A DNA stretch of 47,680 nucleotides from an uncultured Candidatus Saccharibacteria bacterium (GCA_964401705.1 CAYNZJ010000001.1:69648-117327); one strand, 5' to 3'. Positions 33,565 through 42,838 are shown, numbered from the stretch's first letter. The notes: generated from the sequence alone by a model not told the origin. Numbers and translations: made by a program.

Positions 33565-34791
33565 TTAAAGCTCAATATAACGATTTCTTCTATATTTGAA
33601 AGCTTTAAAATATAGGCTTAAAAACTTAATAAAAGTAAGCCTTTTTAGAAAATATTCCATATCAATAAAATACCTAAGTACCCCAGCTAAAAATCCTGAA
33701 TAAATAAAGTTCCCCCAGACCATCAAAGCCCAATTAGAACCAATTGGTATAACATACCCTGTATTAGCTTCTTTATATTTAGGTAATTTAGATTTTTTTG
33801 ACATTGCTACAAATAATTTGGATAGATATTGCCCATCATGGATGGCGGTTTGAGCTAAGCCAGAATTTTGAGTATTTGCCCCATCCCCTATGACATAAAT
33901 ATCTTGTAGGTTGTTTGCTTGCATGTATTCATTTACAACAACTCGCCCTTTGTTTAATTCAACACTAGGGATTGTTTGATATAATGGATTTGGAGTGACT
34001 CCCCCAGCCCAAATTATTGTCTTGGCTTGTAATGTAACATCTTCTAAAAAAACAGTTTCATTTTCAATTTTTTGAATAGGTCTGTTGGAAAATAAATTTA
34101 CACCATTTTCTCTTAAATATTTTGTAACTATCTCTGAAGCTTTTTCTGGAACTCGAGGTAGAATCCTTGGACCGCTATCAACAAGATCAATTGTGACTTT
34201 ACTTGGATGAACTTTATTTTTGTTAGCCATTTTCCTCATATAAGAAGAAAGAGCTCCAGATAATTCAACTCCAATTGGACCAGCCCCGCCAATGATTATG
34301 TGTAAGTTATGCATTAAAACTTTTTCATCTTTAATGCCATTATTTTTAGCTTCTAAAAGTAAAGTATGTAAATGATTACGAAGCACAACTGCATCTCCGG
34401 TTGTTCTAAAATCAAAAACTCCGGATTCTAAGCCTTGGATATTAAAATAATTTGGGACTGACCCCAATGCTAAAACAAGCATATCATAGTTATACTGATC
34501 TCCATCTTTACCAATAATTTTTTTATTAACTGGATCAACATTAACTATTTTATCTTCTACTATTTTTATACATTCAGGTAAAATGTCTGTTAAATGGATT
34601 TTGGTTTGAATTGGGGATTCTCCAATCATTATTCTGTACACCCCTGGGTAATATTCAAAATAACCATGGCTTGTTATAAGAGTCACATGGTAAGATCCAT
34701 TTTTAACTTGATTTTTTAAATTACGAGCTAGCTCGATTCCACTAAACCCACCACCAACAATAATTATATGCTTTGTTTCGTTTATTTCCAT
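33565..34791 (-). CDS. ndh: type II NADH dehydrogenase (NDH-2)-like FAD-dependent oxidoreductase
   Basis: 408 aa. Two Rossmann GxGxxG motifs (IIIVGGGFSGIE, IIGGAGPIGVE), VIGDGA, and a C-terminal amphipathic/hydrophobic tail. Confidence 0.8.
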   Translation of the reverse strand: MEINETKHIIIVGGGFSGIELARNLKNQVKNGSYHVTLITSHGYFEYYPGVYRIMIGESPIQTKIHLTDILPECIKIVEDKIVNVDPVNKKIIGKDGDQYNYDMLVLALGSVPNYFNIQGLESGVFDFRTTGDAVVLRNHLHTLLLEAKNNGIKDEKVLMHNLHIIIGGAGPIGVELSGALSSYMRKMANKNKVHPSKVTIDLVDSGPRILPRVPEKASEIVTKYLRENGVNLFSNRPIQKIENETVFLEDVTLQAKTIIWAGGVTPNPLYQTIPSVELNKGRVVVNEYMQANNLQDIYVIGDGANTQNSGLAQTAIHDGQYLSKLFVAMSKKSKLPKYKEANTGYVIPIGSNWALMVWGNFIYSGFLAGVLRYFIDMEYFLKRLTFIKFLSLYFKAFKYRRNRYIEL

Positions 34792-34815
34792 AAGATGTTT
34801 TATTATAACATATTT

Positions 34816-36228
34816 TTATTCATCTTGTAGAAGATATTCATCAGACTCTATTTCAAGGTTTTTATTATTTAATCTTATAAATAACACTGAAAAAACAGAG
34901 ATTAGGATAACAATAGAAAACCCAATATATTTGTAAATATTTTGATTTTTATTAGTGCTAGGTTTTTCATCTAAATTTAAAATGGTTTCATTATTTGGGA
35001 TAAATGAATCAAGTTGGTTATTTAAATCAGAGGAAATACTAGGACTAGATTTATAAACTGAGGATATTGATTTTGAGTTAGAATTAATATTTGTTTTATT
35101 TACAAAACTAGCAGTAGTATATCCTGATGGAGATAGTATTTTTATATTATCTTTAGAATAAGAACCCATAGGAAGTTTAATAAAAATTTCATCTTTGGCT
35201 CCAATATAAGTGCCTTCAGGTATTTTTATATTTTGAGAATCTGTTTGAATTATATAATTACTAATATCATATTCTGAATCTTTAGTATTTGAAATGCTAA
35301 TAGCAGGGAAAGGATTTAAAGATAGATCCTTTAAAATTAATGGTGAGTTAATTATATTAATGGTGGTTTTACCAATAGCAATTGGCTTTGGATACCAAGA
35401 GGCGTATTTATAGCTTAAACTAACAGTATAATCCCCAGGGAAAGCATAAATATGATCAACTTCTTGGTTTGTATTAACAACCAAAGTTTCTCCATCACCA
35501 AAATTCCAAGTAAAAACTCCTTGAGTTATATTTTCCCCAGAAAACCCAAAAATTTGAACCCGAAAAACTGCAGGTTGCCCAACGATATTTGTTTGATTAT
35601 ACATAAAATCAAAACGCATCGAGGGTTCCTTTTTATAAGGAATGAATCCTAAACCAGAAGGACTTACCTCTTGAGGTAGATTATTGTTTAGCGTACTATC
35701 TGTATTGTTATTTATATTGTTTTGTGTTGAGTTTGTGGTTAAATTTAAATCACCCGCAAACCAAGACCCGCTAGAATTTTGTTGCAAGGTTTTACCATCT
35801 CCATTTGCTCCTAATGAAGGGGTATAAGTAATTTCATATACAATATTTCCATCAGGGTCTTTAATCGCTAGTGATTCCCCTTTATCATTAGATAAAGAAA
35901 AAGACGAATCATAAAGATTCGACTTTGGGAAATTAGGATTATCATTTAAAAAATTTGTGGCATTATCAGCGATGATTGCATATTCATTATTTGCTAGTTC
36001 GGAATTACCATCAAAATGAACAATACTATGTGCTACCCCAGATTCTACTAATTTATATTTGGTTAAATCAATATTTAAACCTGTTTTGTTGTGAACTTCA
36101 ACCCATTCTCGAGATGAATCCGACCCAGGCAAATCATACATTATCTCAGTAATATTTATACTACCAGCATATGCTGTATTAAAAAAAAGGAAAAAAGAAA
36201 AAATAAAGATTAAATGACAAGATTTCAT
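34816..36228 (-). CDS. secreted lamin-tail-domain (LTD) + PKD-domain protein with a C-terminal TM anchor
   Basis: 470 aa with a signal peptide. LTD-like INITEIMYDLPGSDSSREWVEVHN. PKD-like FTWNFGDGE...HIYAFPGDYTVSL. C-terminal TM helix. Confidence 0.65.
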   Translation of the reverse strand: MKSCHLIFIFSFFLFFNTAYAGSINITEIMYDLPGSDSSREWVEVHNKTGLNIDLTKYKLVESGVAHSIVHFDGNSELANNEYAIIADNATNFLNDNPNFPKSNLYDSSFSLSNDKGESLAIKDPDGNIVYEITYTPSLGANGDGKTLQQNSSGSWFAGDLNLTTNSTQNNINNNTDSTLNNNLPQEVSPSGLGFIPYKKEPSMRFDFMYNQTNIVGQPAVFRVQIFGFSGENITQGVFTWNFGDGETLVVNTNQEVDHIYAFPGDYTVSLSYKYASWYPKPIAIGKTTINIINSPLILKDLSLNPFPAISISNTKDSEYDISNYIIQTDSQNIKIPEGTYIGAKDEIFIKLPMGSYSKDNIKILSPSGYTTASFVNKTNINSNSKSISSVYKSSPSISSDLNNQLDSFIPNNETILNLDEKPSTNKNQNIYKYIGFSIVILISVFSVLFIRLNNKNLEIESDEYLLQDE

Positions 36229-36230
36229 TA

Positions 36231-37370
36231 TTATTTATTTAGCTGATTTTGCTCATAGAGGACTCTAATAATTATACCAAACAAAGCACAATTAACAAGC
36301 AAAGATGTTCCACCATGGCTCATTAATGGTAAAGGTACACCAGTTAATGGGATAAGCCCAATAATAGAACCAATATTTAAAAATGCTTGGAAGGCAAATA
36401 AAGCAAAAAAACCAACAAAAAATAATCTCCCAAAAGGAGAAACCAAAGTATGGGATAGTTTGAGCCCTCGTAAAATAAAGACCAAATAAAGACCAATTAC
36501 AAATACTGAGCCAACGAAACCAACTTCTTCTCCAACAACAGCAAAAACAGAATCACCTTGGGGTTCTGGTAGAAAATTAAACTTTTGAACACTTTGCCCA
36601 AACCCTTGGCCAATAATCCCGCCACTACCTAGACCAATTAAAGATTGTTTTAATTGATACGATGCACCTTGGGGATCATTCTCAGGATTTAGAAATGTCT
36701 TAAATCTAGTTGCGATATATGGTTTTGTTAAAATTAAAAAAACTCCAAGAATCAATAACACTCCTATTATTGAAAGTATAATCCGATAAGGTAACCCAAC
36801 AATAAACAAAACACTAACGCAAGTTAAAAATATTAAAACGACGCTTTTAGTATCGGGTTGAGGTAATAAAACACCCGCAGAAAGAACAAGAATAACTAAA
36901 ACCGGAATAATCAATGCAAATAAACTTATTGTTCTATTTTTTATTTTTTCTTTTGGATTATCTCTTTTTAAAAATTTAGAATAAAGAGCTGCTAAATATA
37001 AAATAATTGATGCCTTTAAAAAATCTGCAGGTTGAAAAGATATTGGTCCAATATCTACCCAGCGTCTTGCCCCACCATGAGAGACCCCAATTCCTGGTAA
37101 ATAAACCAAAGCAGTTAGTCCTAATGCTAGAAAAAAGAAAATTGGTGCATATTTTTGCCAAAAAGTACTAGGGATTCGTATTATAAAAACAAAAGCAATT
37201 AACCCACCCAGAAAACCAAGCAATATCTGGGTTCGTACAATTGATGTAAATTTTAAAGCATTAGAATCAAGAACCCCCAGTGAGGCCGATAAAAAGAAAA
37301 GTAAACCAACAATTAACAATATTGCAAAAGTTGTTACTAAAACTTTGTCTGCGGCAAAAATCTTTTTCAT
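36231..37370 (-). CDS. ftsW: SEDS-family peptidoglycan glycosyltransferase FtsW/RodA
   Basis: Multi-TM protein. QPADFLK and the PLPLMSHGGTSLL C-terminal motif. I chose the start at 37370 (MKKIFAADK), 2 nt after the mraY stop, rather than the track's longer ORF that overlaps mraY by 88 nt. Confidence 0.85.
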   Translation of the reverse strand: MKKIFAADKVLVTTFAILLIVGLLFFLSASLGVLDSNALKFTSIVRTQILLGFLGGLIAFVFIIRIPSTFWQKYAPIFFFLALGLTALVYLPGIGVSHGGARRWVDIGPISFQPADFLKASIILYLAALYSKFLKRDNPKEKIKNRTISLFALIIPVLVILVLSAGVLLPQPDTKSVVLIFLTCVSVLFIVGLPYRIILSIIGVLLILGVFLILTKPYIATRFKTFLNPENDPQGASYQLKQSLIGLGSGGIIGQGFGQSVQKFNFLPEPQGDSVFAVVGEEVGFVGSVFVIGLYLVFILRGLKLSHTLVSPFGRLFFVGFFALFAFQAFLNIGSIIGLIPLTGVPLPLMSHGGTSLLVNCALFGIIIRVLYEQNQLNK

Positions 37371-37372
37371 AA

Positions 37373-38431
37373 TTAGCTTACAAAAACTAAAATGGTTCCA
37401 ATAATCGATGTGATAAATCCAACTATCCAAAAACGCATTACGACTTTGGGGCGCCCCCAACCAAGAGCTTCAAAATGGTGATGCAGTGGTGCCACAATAA
37501 AAAGTTTTTTTCCTTTCCGAAATTTTTTAGATACTAATTGAAGAACAACAGAAAGTGAAGTAATAAAAAGTGGGAAAACTAATATTGGTAAAAGAAGCAC
37601 AGTATCAGTGAAAAAAGCATAAATTGTAATAAGAGTGGTTAAGGCAAGCATCCCTGTTTCACCCATATAAAATTTAGCAGGCATGATGTTATACCAAAGA
37701 AAAACTAAGATGCTAGAAAGTATAATTACAGCTAAAGCAGCTAAATCATATTGGTTTCTAAAATATGTAATTACCGCATATGCTCCAAAAGATGACATTA
37801 ACACCCCGCCTGAGAGCCCATCAATACCGTCAATAACGCTCCCAGAAAAGACACTATAAAGAACAAGTATAAAAAACGGAACAAACATAAACCCAAGTGA
37901 TACATCACCATAAGTTGGGATATGCAAAGTATGAATATCAAGCTTTAAATAAAACCAAAGACCCAGCAATAAACCTAAAAATATAATTGAAATTGATTTA
38001 ATTATTCGAAGCTTGATAGGGTCAGTTGACCAATAACCTTTACCCCAGATTTGAATAGCATCATCTAAAAACCCAATTGCCCCTGCAAAAATAAAAGCTC
38101 CCAATGGTAACAATGTTTGCGAACGTGATAAAAAGTCTAAAGTTTTAAATGCTGAAATATTTGTGAACTTTGCTAAAACAAATAAAATTAAAATTGAAAC
38201 AACGGTAATAAAAATTACTAATCCCCCACCAATTCTAGGAATTTTTGTTTCTTCGTCTGTATGAATATTATGGAAATGTTCATTTGTAGTATTAAGAGCA
38301 CGGTTATTTTGACGCCATAATTTATTTTTATAAATAAATCTTATAAAAATAGGAGCAAAAATAAAACCCAGAAAAACTGCAATAACTCCCGAAGCTAATA
38401 AACTTGTTATTTGTGGTGCCGGCATAAACAT
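37373..38431 (-). CDS. mraY: phospho-N-acetylmuramoyl-pentapeptide transferase
   Basis: 352 aa. GFLDD, DGIDGL, GETG and APLHHHFE motifs. Confidence 0.95.
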   Translation of the reverse strand: MFMPAPQITSLLASGVIAVFLGFIFAPIFIRFIYKNKLWRQNNRALNTTNEHFHNIHTDEETKIPRIGGGLVIFITVVSILILFVLAKFTNISAFKTLDFLSRSQTLLPLGAFIFAGAIGFLDDAIQIWGKGYWSTDPIKLRIIKSISIIFLGLLLGLWFYLKLDIHTLHIPTYGDVSLGFMFVPFFILVLYSVFSGSVIDGIDGLSGGVLMSSFGAYAVITYFRNQYDLAALAVIILSSILVFLWYNIMPAKFYMGETGMLALTTLITIYAFFTDTVLLLPILVFPLFITSLSVVLQLVSKKFRKGKKLFIVAPLHHHFEALGWGRPKVVMRFWIVGFITSIIGTILVFVS

Positions 38432-38435
38432 TATA

Positions 38436-38984
38436 TTAATTTTCTAATTGTAAACTATTTTTCAAAGAGTTTTTTAAATCATCATGAACTTTTTTATAAT
38501 CTGGCATTTGGTCAATACTACTAATCCCCAAAAACCGAAGTGTCTCAACTGTAGGGATATAGATATTGTCTCGCCCAATTTTACCAGATCTTGCAATAAG
38601 ACCTCGACTAACCAAAACCCGAAGCATATAAGAGCTTTGAACCCCACGAATATAGTCAATTTGGCTTTTGGTTGCACCACCAAGATAAATAATACTACAA
38701 AGGGTTTCTAATGCTGGACGAGAAAGCTCGCCTTCACGCTCTTTATTGTCTCTAGTTAAAATTAAATCCCGTGCTGTCCCCGAAACAATAATTTGATAAT
38801 GGTTATTATGATTAAGTAAATTTAAAGATGAATTATCTTTGTTAAAAAAATCCTCTATTTCTTTAAGTGCTGATATTACGCTATCTTCATTTTCGTTATT
38901 TAATAAAGATAAAATATCTGAAAGACTTAAAGCCTCAGATTCATAAAATAAAATTCCTAAAATTGTGTTTGCTAAATCAGACAT
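38436..38984 (-). CDS. scpB: segregation and condensation protein B
   Basis: 182 aa. ILGILFYESEALSL and ALETLCSIIYLGGATKSQIDYIRGV winged-helix pattern. Confidence 0.85.
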   Translation of the reverse strand: MSDLANTILGILFYESEALSLSDILSLLNNENEDSVISALKEIEDFFNKDNSSLNLLNHNNHYQIIVSGTARDLILTRDNKEREGELSRPALETLCSIIYLGGATKSQIDYIRGVQSSYMLRVLVSRGLIARSGKIGRDNIYIPTVETLRFLGISSIDQMPDYKKVHDDLKNSLKNSLQLEN

Positions 38985-38989
38985 ATTAA

Positions 38990-39745
38990 TTATATATTTA
39001 TTTTATTTACTGGTTCACATATTATATCACTGTAATTTGTATTTTGCTCAAGATTCATTAACCCACTACGAGAAAGTTCAAGTATCGCCAAAAAGCTAAC
39101 AATGACTGAGACTTTTCTTTCACGATATTCCATGTGCTCAAATTCAGATAACTCGGCAATTTTTGAAAAAGATACTTTTTGATTAATCTTTTGTAAATTA
39201 GTTGTAATTTTAAATATCATCTCTTCCAAAGAAACTATTTTATTAACTGAAATTTTAGGTAGATTTTCCTTTTCTTCGGGTAATCCTGCAATTAAAAAGT
39301 TAGCTAATTCCAAAAGATTATCTAGATTAATGCTTTCGTGTGGAATAAATGAAACAGAATTAATACTTTTCTTTTTAGATAATTGAATATATGGTGATGG
39401 AATATTAGTTGTGTAGCTTTTAACAACATTTCGCAGGGATTCTAATATTCGAAGTCTTTCTTCTAGATTATGGCTGGCATTATCCATTTCTTCATCTTGG
39501 GTTTTACCATCATCTATTAAAATTTTGGATTTTAAATAAACCAAAGTTGCGGCAATAGATAAAAATAAAGTTACATTGGGTAAATCTTGGCTAATGTTAC
39601 CTTGGATATATTTTATATAATCATCTGTTACTTCTGATAAAGAAACATCACTAATGTGCATCTTCTTTTTTTCAATCAAAGATAGTAAGACATCCAGCGG
39701 TCCTTCAAATTTATCAGTTTTAACAAGATAAATATTTTCGTCCAT
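38990..39745 (-). CDS. scpA: segregation and condensation protein A
   Basis: 251 aa. FEGPLDVLLSLIEKKKMHISDVSLSEVTDDY, a kleisin N-terminal motif. Confidence 0.85.
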   Translation of the reverse strand: MDENIYLVKTDKFEGPLDVLLSLIEKKKMHISDVSLSEVTDDYIKYIQGNISQDLPNVTLFLSIAATLVYLKSKILIDDGKTQDEEMDNASHNLEERLRILESLRNVVKSYTTNIPSPYIQLSKKKSINSVSFIPHESINLDNLLELANFLIAGLPEEKENLPKISVNKIVSLEEMIFKITTNLQKINQKVSFSKIAELSEFEHMEYRERKVSVIVSFLAILELSRSGLMNLEQNTNYSDIICEPVNKINI

Positions 39746-39867
39746 CCCGTTAGAAATAGATCGCGATACACATACCGCATTCTAGTTTATTTAATCTAAT
39801 AATTTTAATGAATTCCATAATTTATATATTTCTATTTTATTTTTGTCGATCGCGATTTCTAACGGGA
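39746..39867. repeat. about 120-bp inverted-repeat intergenic element, copy A (CCCGTTAGAA ... TTCTAACGGG)
   Basis: Left arm CCCGTTAGAAAT(AGAT)CGCGAT at 39746-39767. Right arm ATCGCGATTTCTAACGGG at 39849-39866. AT-rich core. The left arm abuts the scpA ATG. On the minus strand an ATG at 39870-39872 opens MSPVRNRDRQK* (39837-39872). Confidence 0.8.
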
Positions 39868-39876
39868 GACATATTA

Positions 39877-41286
39877 TTAAATTAACTTAATTCCTAGTTC
39901 TGTAATTTGCTTGTTAGGCATTTCACTTGGTGCCCCCATCATTAAATCTTTACCTTCACCGGTTTTTGGGAAAGCGATAACTTCGCGAATATTAGGTTCG
40001 TTCTGCAGTATCATTACAATACGATCAATCCCTGGAGCAAATCCTCCGTGTGGTGGTGCTCCGTATTTAAAGGCTTCAAGCATGTGAGCAAATTTTAATT
40101 GCTGAGTCTCTTCAGGAATACCTAGTAAATTAAATACTTGTTTTTGTTCATCAGAATTATGAATACGAATAGAACCCGATGAAAGTTCGTAACCATTTAA
40201 AACCAAATCATACGCATTTGCTCTTATAGATAATAAATCAGAACCAGTCATAAATTTATCTCTATCTTCTGGATGGACTGAACAAAATGGATGATGTTGA
40301 GCTTGAAGAGATCCATCATCTAGTTTTTCAAACATTGGAAAATCTAATACCCAGCAAAATGCGAGCTCATTAGGGTCTTCTTTGTTAATTCTTAAGTCAG
40401 GTTTGTCAGATCCATATTTTTCCATACATTCTTTATAAGTTAATCTTGGAAATGGAATTTGTGATATTTTTTTATCAGGATAAAGTTTGTTTACTAATTC
40501 AATAAACATTGGCTCGGTAAAAGATAGAATTTCTTCTTGATTAACAAAAGACATTTCGTAATCGAGTTGTGTGAATTCTGGTTGTCTGTCTCCACGAGTA
40601 TCTTCATCACGCATACAACGAGCTATTTGGAAATATTTTTCAAACCCTGCAACCATACAAAGTTGTTTAAATTGTTGAGGTGATTGTGGAAGAGCATAGA
40701 ATTTACCATTCTCAAGCCTTGATGGTACTAAATATTCACGAGAACCTTCTGGGGTTCCTTTCATAAGCATTGGAGTTTCGATTTCAATAAAATCATTAGC
40801 ATGCATATATTCACGGAAAAAAGTTATGATTTTATCGCGCATGCGAATATTGTTTTGCATTCTTTGTGTTCGCAAATCAAGGTAACGATATTTTAATCGA
40901 ACATCTTCCCCAACTTCAAAAGAATCTTTGTCTAATTCAAATACAGGCGTTTCGGCTTGATTTAAAACTTCGATTTCAGTAACTTCAAGTTCTACATCAC
41001 CACCGACAATATTAGGGTTGATGTTTTTTTCAGGGCGTTTGTTAACGATACCGGTTACCTTTAGGACCCATTCTGGGCGGATATCTTTAGCAACATCTAG
41101 AGCTTCGGTATGGTTAGGCAATACTACACATTGGAGTATTCCGGACATATCCCGTAAGTCAAAAAAGACCATTTTACCTTGGTCCCGACGGATATTTACC
41201 CAGCCAGCCATAACTACAGTATTGCCGACATTTTCGCTTATATTCTTTACTAAAATTCTTCCTTGCATATAAGGATATAGTAGCAT
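39877..41286 (-). CDS. aspS: aspartyl-tRNA synthetase (bacterial-type core, compact, no GAD insertion)
   Basis: 469 aa. OB-fold N-terminus (GWVNIRRDQGKMVFFDLRD), motif 2 region CMRDEDTRGDRQPEFTQLDYEMSF, GSDKPDLR joined directly to FCWVLDFPMFE, and motif 3 GFAPGIDR. The true start may be the internal MQGRILVK. Confidence 0.9.
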   Translation of the reverse strand: MLLYPYMQGRILVKNISENVGNTVVMAGWVNIRRDQGKMVFFDLRDMSGILQCVVLPNHTEALDVAKDIRPEWVLKVTGIVNKRPEKNINPNIVGGDVELEVTEIEVLNQAETPVFELDKDSFEVGEDVRLKYRYLDLRTQRMQNNIRMRDKIITFFREYMHANDFIEIETPMLMKGTPEGSREYLVPSRLENGKFYALPQSPQQFKQLCMVAGFEKYFQIARCMRDEDTRGDRQPEFTQLDYEMSFVNQEEILSFTEPMFIELVNKLYPDKKISQIPFPRLTYKECMEKYGSDKPDLRINKEDPNELAFCWVLDFPMFEKLDDGSLQAQHHPFCSVHPEDRDKFMTGSDLLSIRANAYDLVLNGYELSSGSIRIHNSDEQKQVFNLLGIPEETQQLKFAHMLEAFKYGAPPHGGFAPGIDRIVMILQNEPNIREVIAFPKTGEGKDLMMGAPSEMPNKQITELGIKLI

Positions 41287-41370
41287 AAAAATGGGTATTT
41301 TAAAATGGATTATATAACCCCACCCTCTACGCTATGCTGTCTCCCTCACCTTATCAAGTGAGGGAGATGA

Positions 41371-41400
41371 CGAAAAACCTCTTGAATTAATCAAGAGGTT
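41371..41400 (-). terminator. rho-independent terminator
   Basis: On the minus strand: AACCTCTTGA-TTAAT-TCAAGAGGTT followed by TTTTCG, just after the 86-aa ORF stop. Confidence 0.65.
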
Positions 41401-41406
41401 TAGAAT

Positions 41407-41667
41407 CTAATGCATCGAACTTTGGAATTTTTCGTAAGCTTTAGATATTGGAATTATGATAGCATACAGCGGGTATATAACAATGCAAGATAGATAAAAT
41501 AATAGTGGGTCACGGTCTTTAAGGGAAAGATTTATTTTTTGTAGCCACATAAATAGTAACTGCAATGGCATATAAATAACAGCAAAAAATATTAAAAATA
41601 CTCTGCGTCCTTGTGGAAAAAGTAAAAGGAAAAAACAAACTATTGCAATAATCACCCAAGTTGACAT
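41407..41667 (-). CDS. small hypothetical membrane protein
   Basis: 86 aa with 2-3 hydrophobic helices. Last gene before a terminator. Confidence 0.4.
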   Translation of the reverse strand: MSTWVIIAIVCFFLLLFPQGRRVFLIFFAVIYMPLQLLFMWLQKINLSLKDRDPLLFYLSCIVIYPLYAIIIPISKAYEKFQSSMH

Positions 41668-41690
41668 ATGTGTATTATACCATAGATTAA

Positions 41691-42257
41691 TTATTTAATT
41701 AAAAGCTCTTTTGCTTTTTTATAAAGAGCTAGAGTCTCTTCATTTAACATAGATTTAACAAATTTCTTTTTTTGTTCTTCTGTAAGATTAAATAAATCAT
41801 CAATTTTCCAAATTTCAAAACCTTCAGCTTTACCCTCTTCCACATGAAGATCCTCAATAGAACCTTTATACAAATAAGCATATCTGCTACGTATAGCATT
41901 ATTAACTAAATTAGTATCTTTATCAGCCCCAAAATTATTATTCCTTGTTTTTTCAATAAAAACTAAATCTTTTACATCAATGTCTATCCCTGTTTCTTCT
42001 TTGCATTCTTTTACTGCAGTTTCTTCATAAGACATTCCTGGTTCTACATGACCACCAACTGTCGGTGAAAGTTTATCCGGATTTGTATCTTTATTTTTGG
42101 CTCTATGTTGGAAAATAATTTCACCATTTGGAGTTATAAACCAAATATGTATTTCACGATGAAGAAGACCTTTTTGATGAATTTTTAAACGAGTTTCAAG
42201 ATCAATGACATTATCATTTTCATCTACAACTTCTAACATTTCTAAAGGGTCACTCAT
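41691..42257 (-). CDS. Nudix hydrolase
   Basis: 188 aa. Nudix box GGHVEPGMSYEETAVKECKEETGI (G-x5-E-x7-REUXEEXGU pattern). Confidence 0.8.
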   Translation of the reverse strand: MSDPLEMLEVVDENDNVIDLETRLKIHQKGLLHREIHIWFITPNGEIIFQHRAKNKDTNPDKLSPTVGGHVEPGMSYEETAVKECKEETGIDIDVKDLVFIEKTRNNNFGADKDTNLVNNAIRSRYAYLYKGSIEDLHVEEGKAEGFEIWKIDDLFNLTEEQKKKFVKSMLNEETLALYKKAKELLIK

Positions 42258-42258
42258 A

Positions 42259-42825
42259 TTATTTAAAACATTCTTCTAATAATTCTGGGAATTCTTGAGT
42301 CCCCATATCGCTATAGCAAAAGTGGCCATAGTCTTTAAATTCTACAATTTTTATATCTTTAACTTTTTCTTTAAGAATAGAAATACTGTCTTGGACTTCG
42401 CTCATATCATTGGTTGAACTAAAAATTGTAATACCTTTTGTTTTACTAACAATATTTGGGTCAATAGTAAAATCAAACATACCAGTATTTAAAAATTTAT
42501 CTGGATCAATCCATGGTGCAACTAATACAACTTTGCCAACATGTACATCATTTTCACTTAAATATTTAACAATAAATCCACCGCCACAAGAATGGCCTAT
42601 TAGAATAGTTTCTTCATTTAGTGGTAACCGTTCAAACATTTCTTTCCATGCATTATATTCAGGATTATAAGGTACGGGCATTTCCGGAGTTTGAGTAATA
42701 ATGTCTCTTAGTAATAATTGTTTTTGTATCCAAGGCAACCAATGACAATTAGAAGACGCTGGACGATTTACATCGTAATACTCTTCACTACTTGGCATAC
42801 CATGAATTATTATTGCTGTTTTCAT
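42259..42825 (-). CDS. alpha/beta serine hydrolase (YdeN/RBBP9-like)
   Basis: 188 aa. IIIHGMPSS, W.PW, nucleophile elbow LIGHSCGG, and a C-terminal GHF. Confidence 0.65.
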   Translation of the reverse strand: MKTAIIIHGMPSSEEYYDVNRPASSNCHWLPWIQKQLLLRDIITQTPEMPVPYNPEYNAWKEMFERLPLNEETILIGHSCGGGFIVKYLSENDVHVGKVVLVAPWIDPDKFLNTGMFDFTIDPNIVSKTKGITIFSSTNDMSEVQDSISILKEKVKDIKIVEFKDYGHFCYSDMGTQEFPELLEECFK

Positions 42826-42838
42826 ATAATATTTATTA

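Noticed and set aside
36231-37460. Long form of the ftsW ORF (409 aa) overlapping mraY by 88 nt, which could suggest unusual overlap or frameshifting.
   Set aside because: The N-terminal extension (MGAPQSRNAFLDSWIYHIDYWNHFSFCKLI) is just read-through of the mraY 3' end in another frame. An ATG 2 nt after the mraY stop gives a normal FtsW N-terminus.
39746-39867. GTTAGAA / TTCTAAC termini resemble the integron attC core (GTTRRRY) and inverse core (RYYYAAC).
   Set aside because: In attC the order along the strand is RYYYAAC...GTTRRRY, whereas here it is GTTAGAA...TTCTAAC. The first and last positions also miss the R/Y consensus. No integron integrase or cassette-like gene organisation is visible, and the neighbours are core housekeeping genes.
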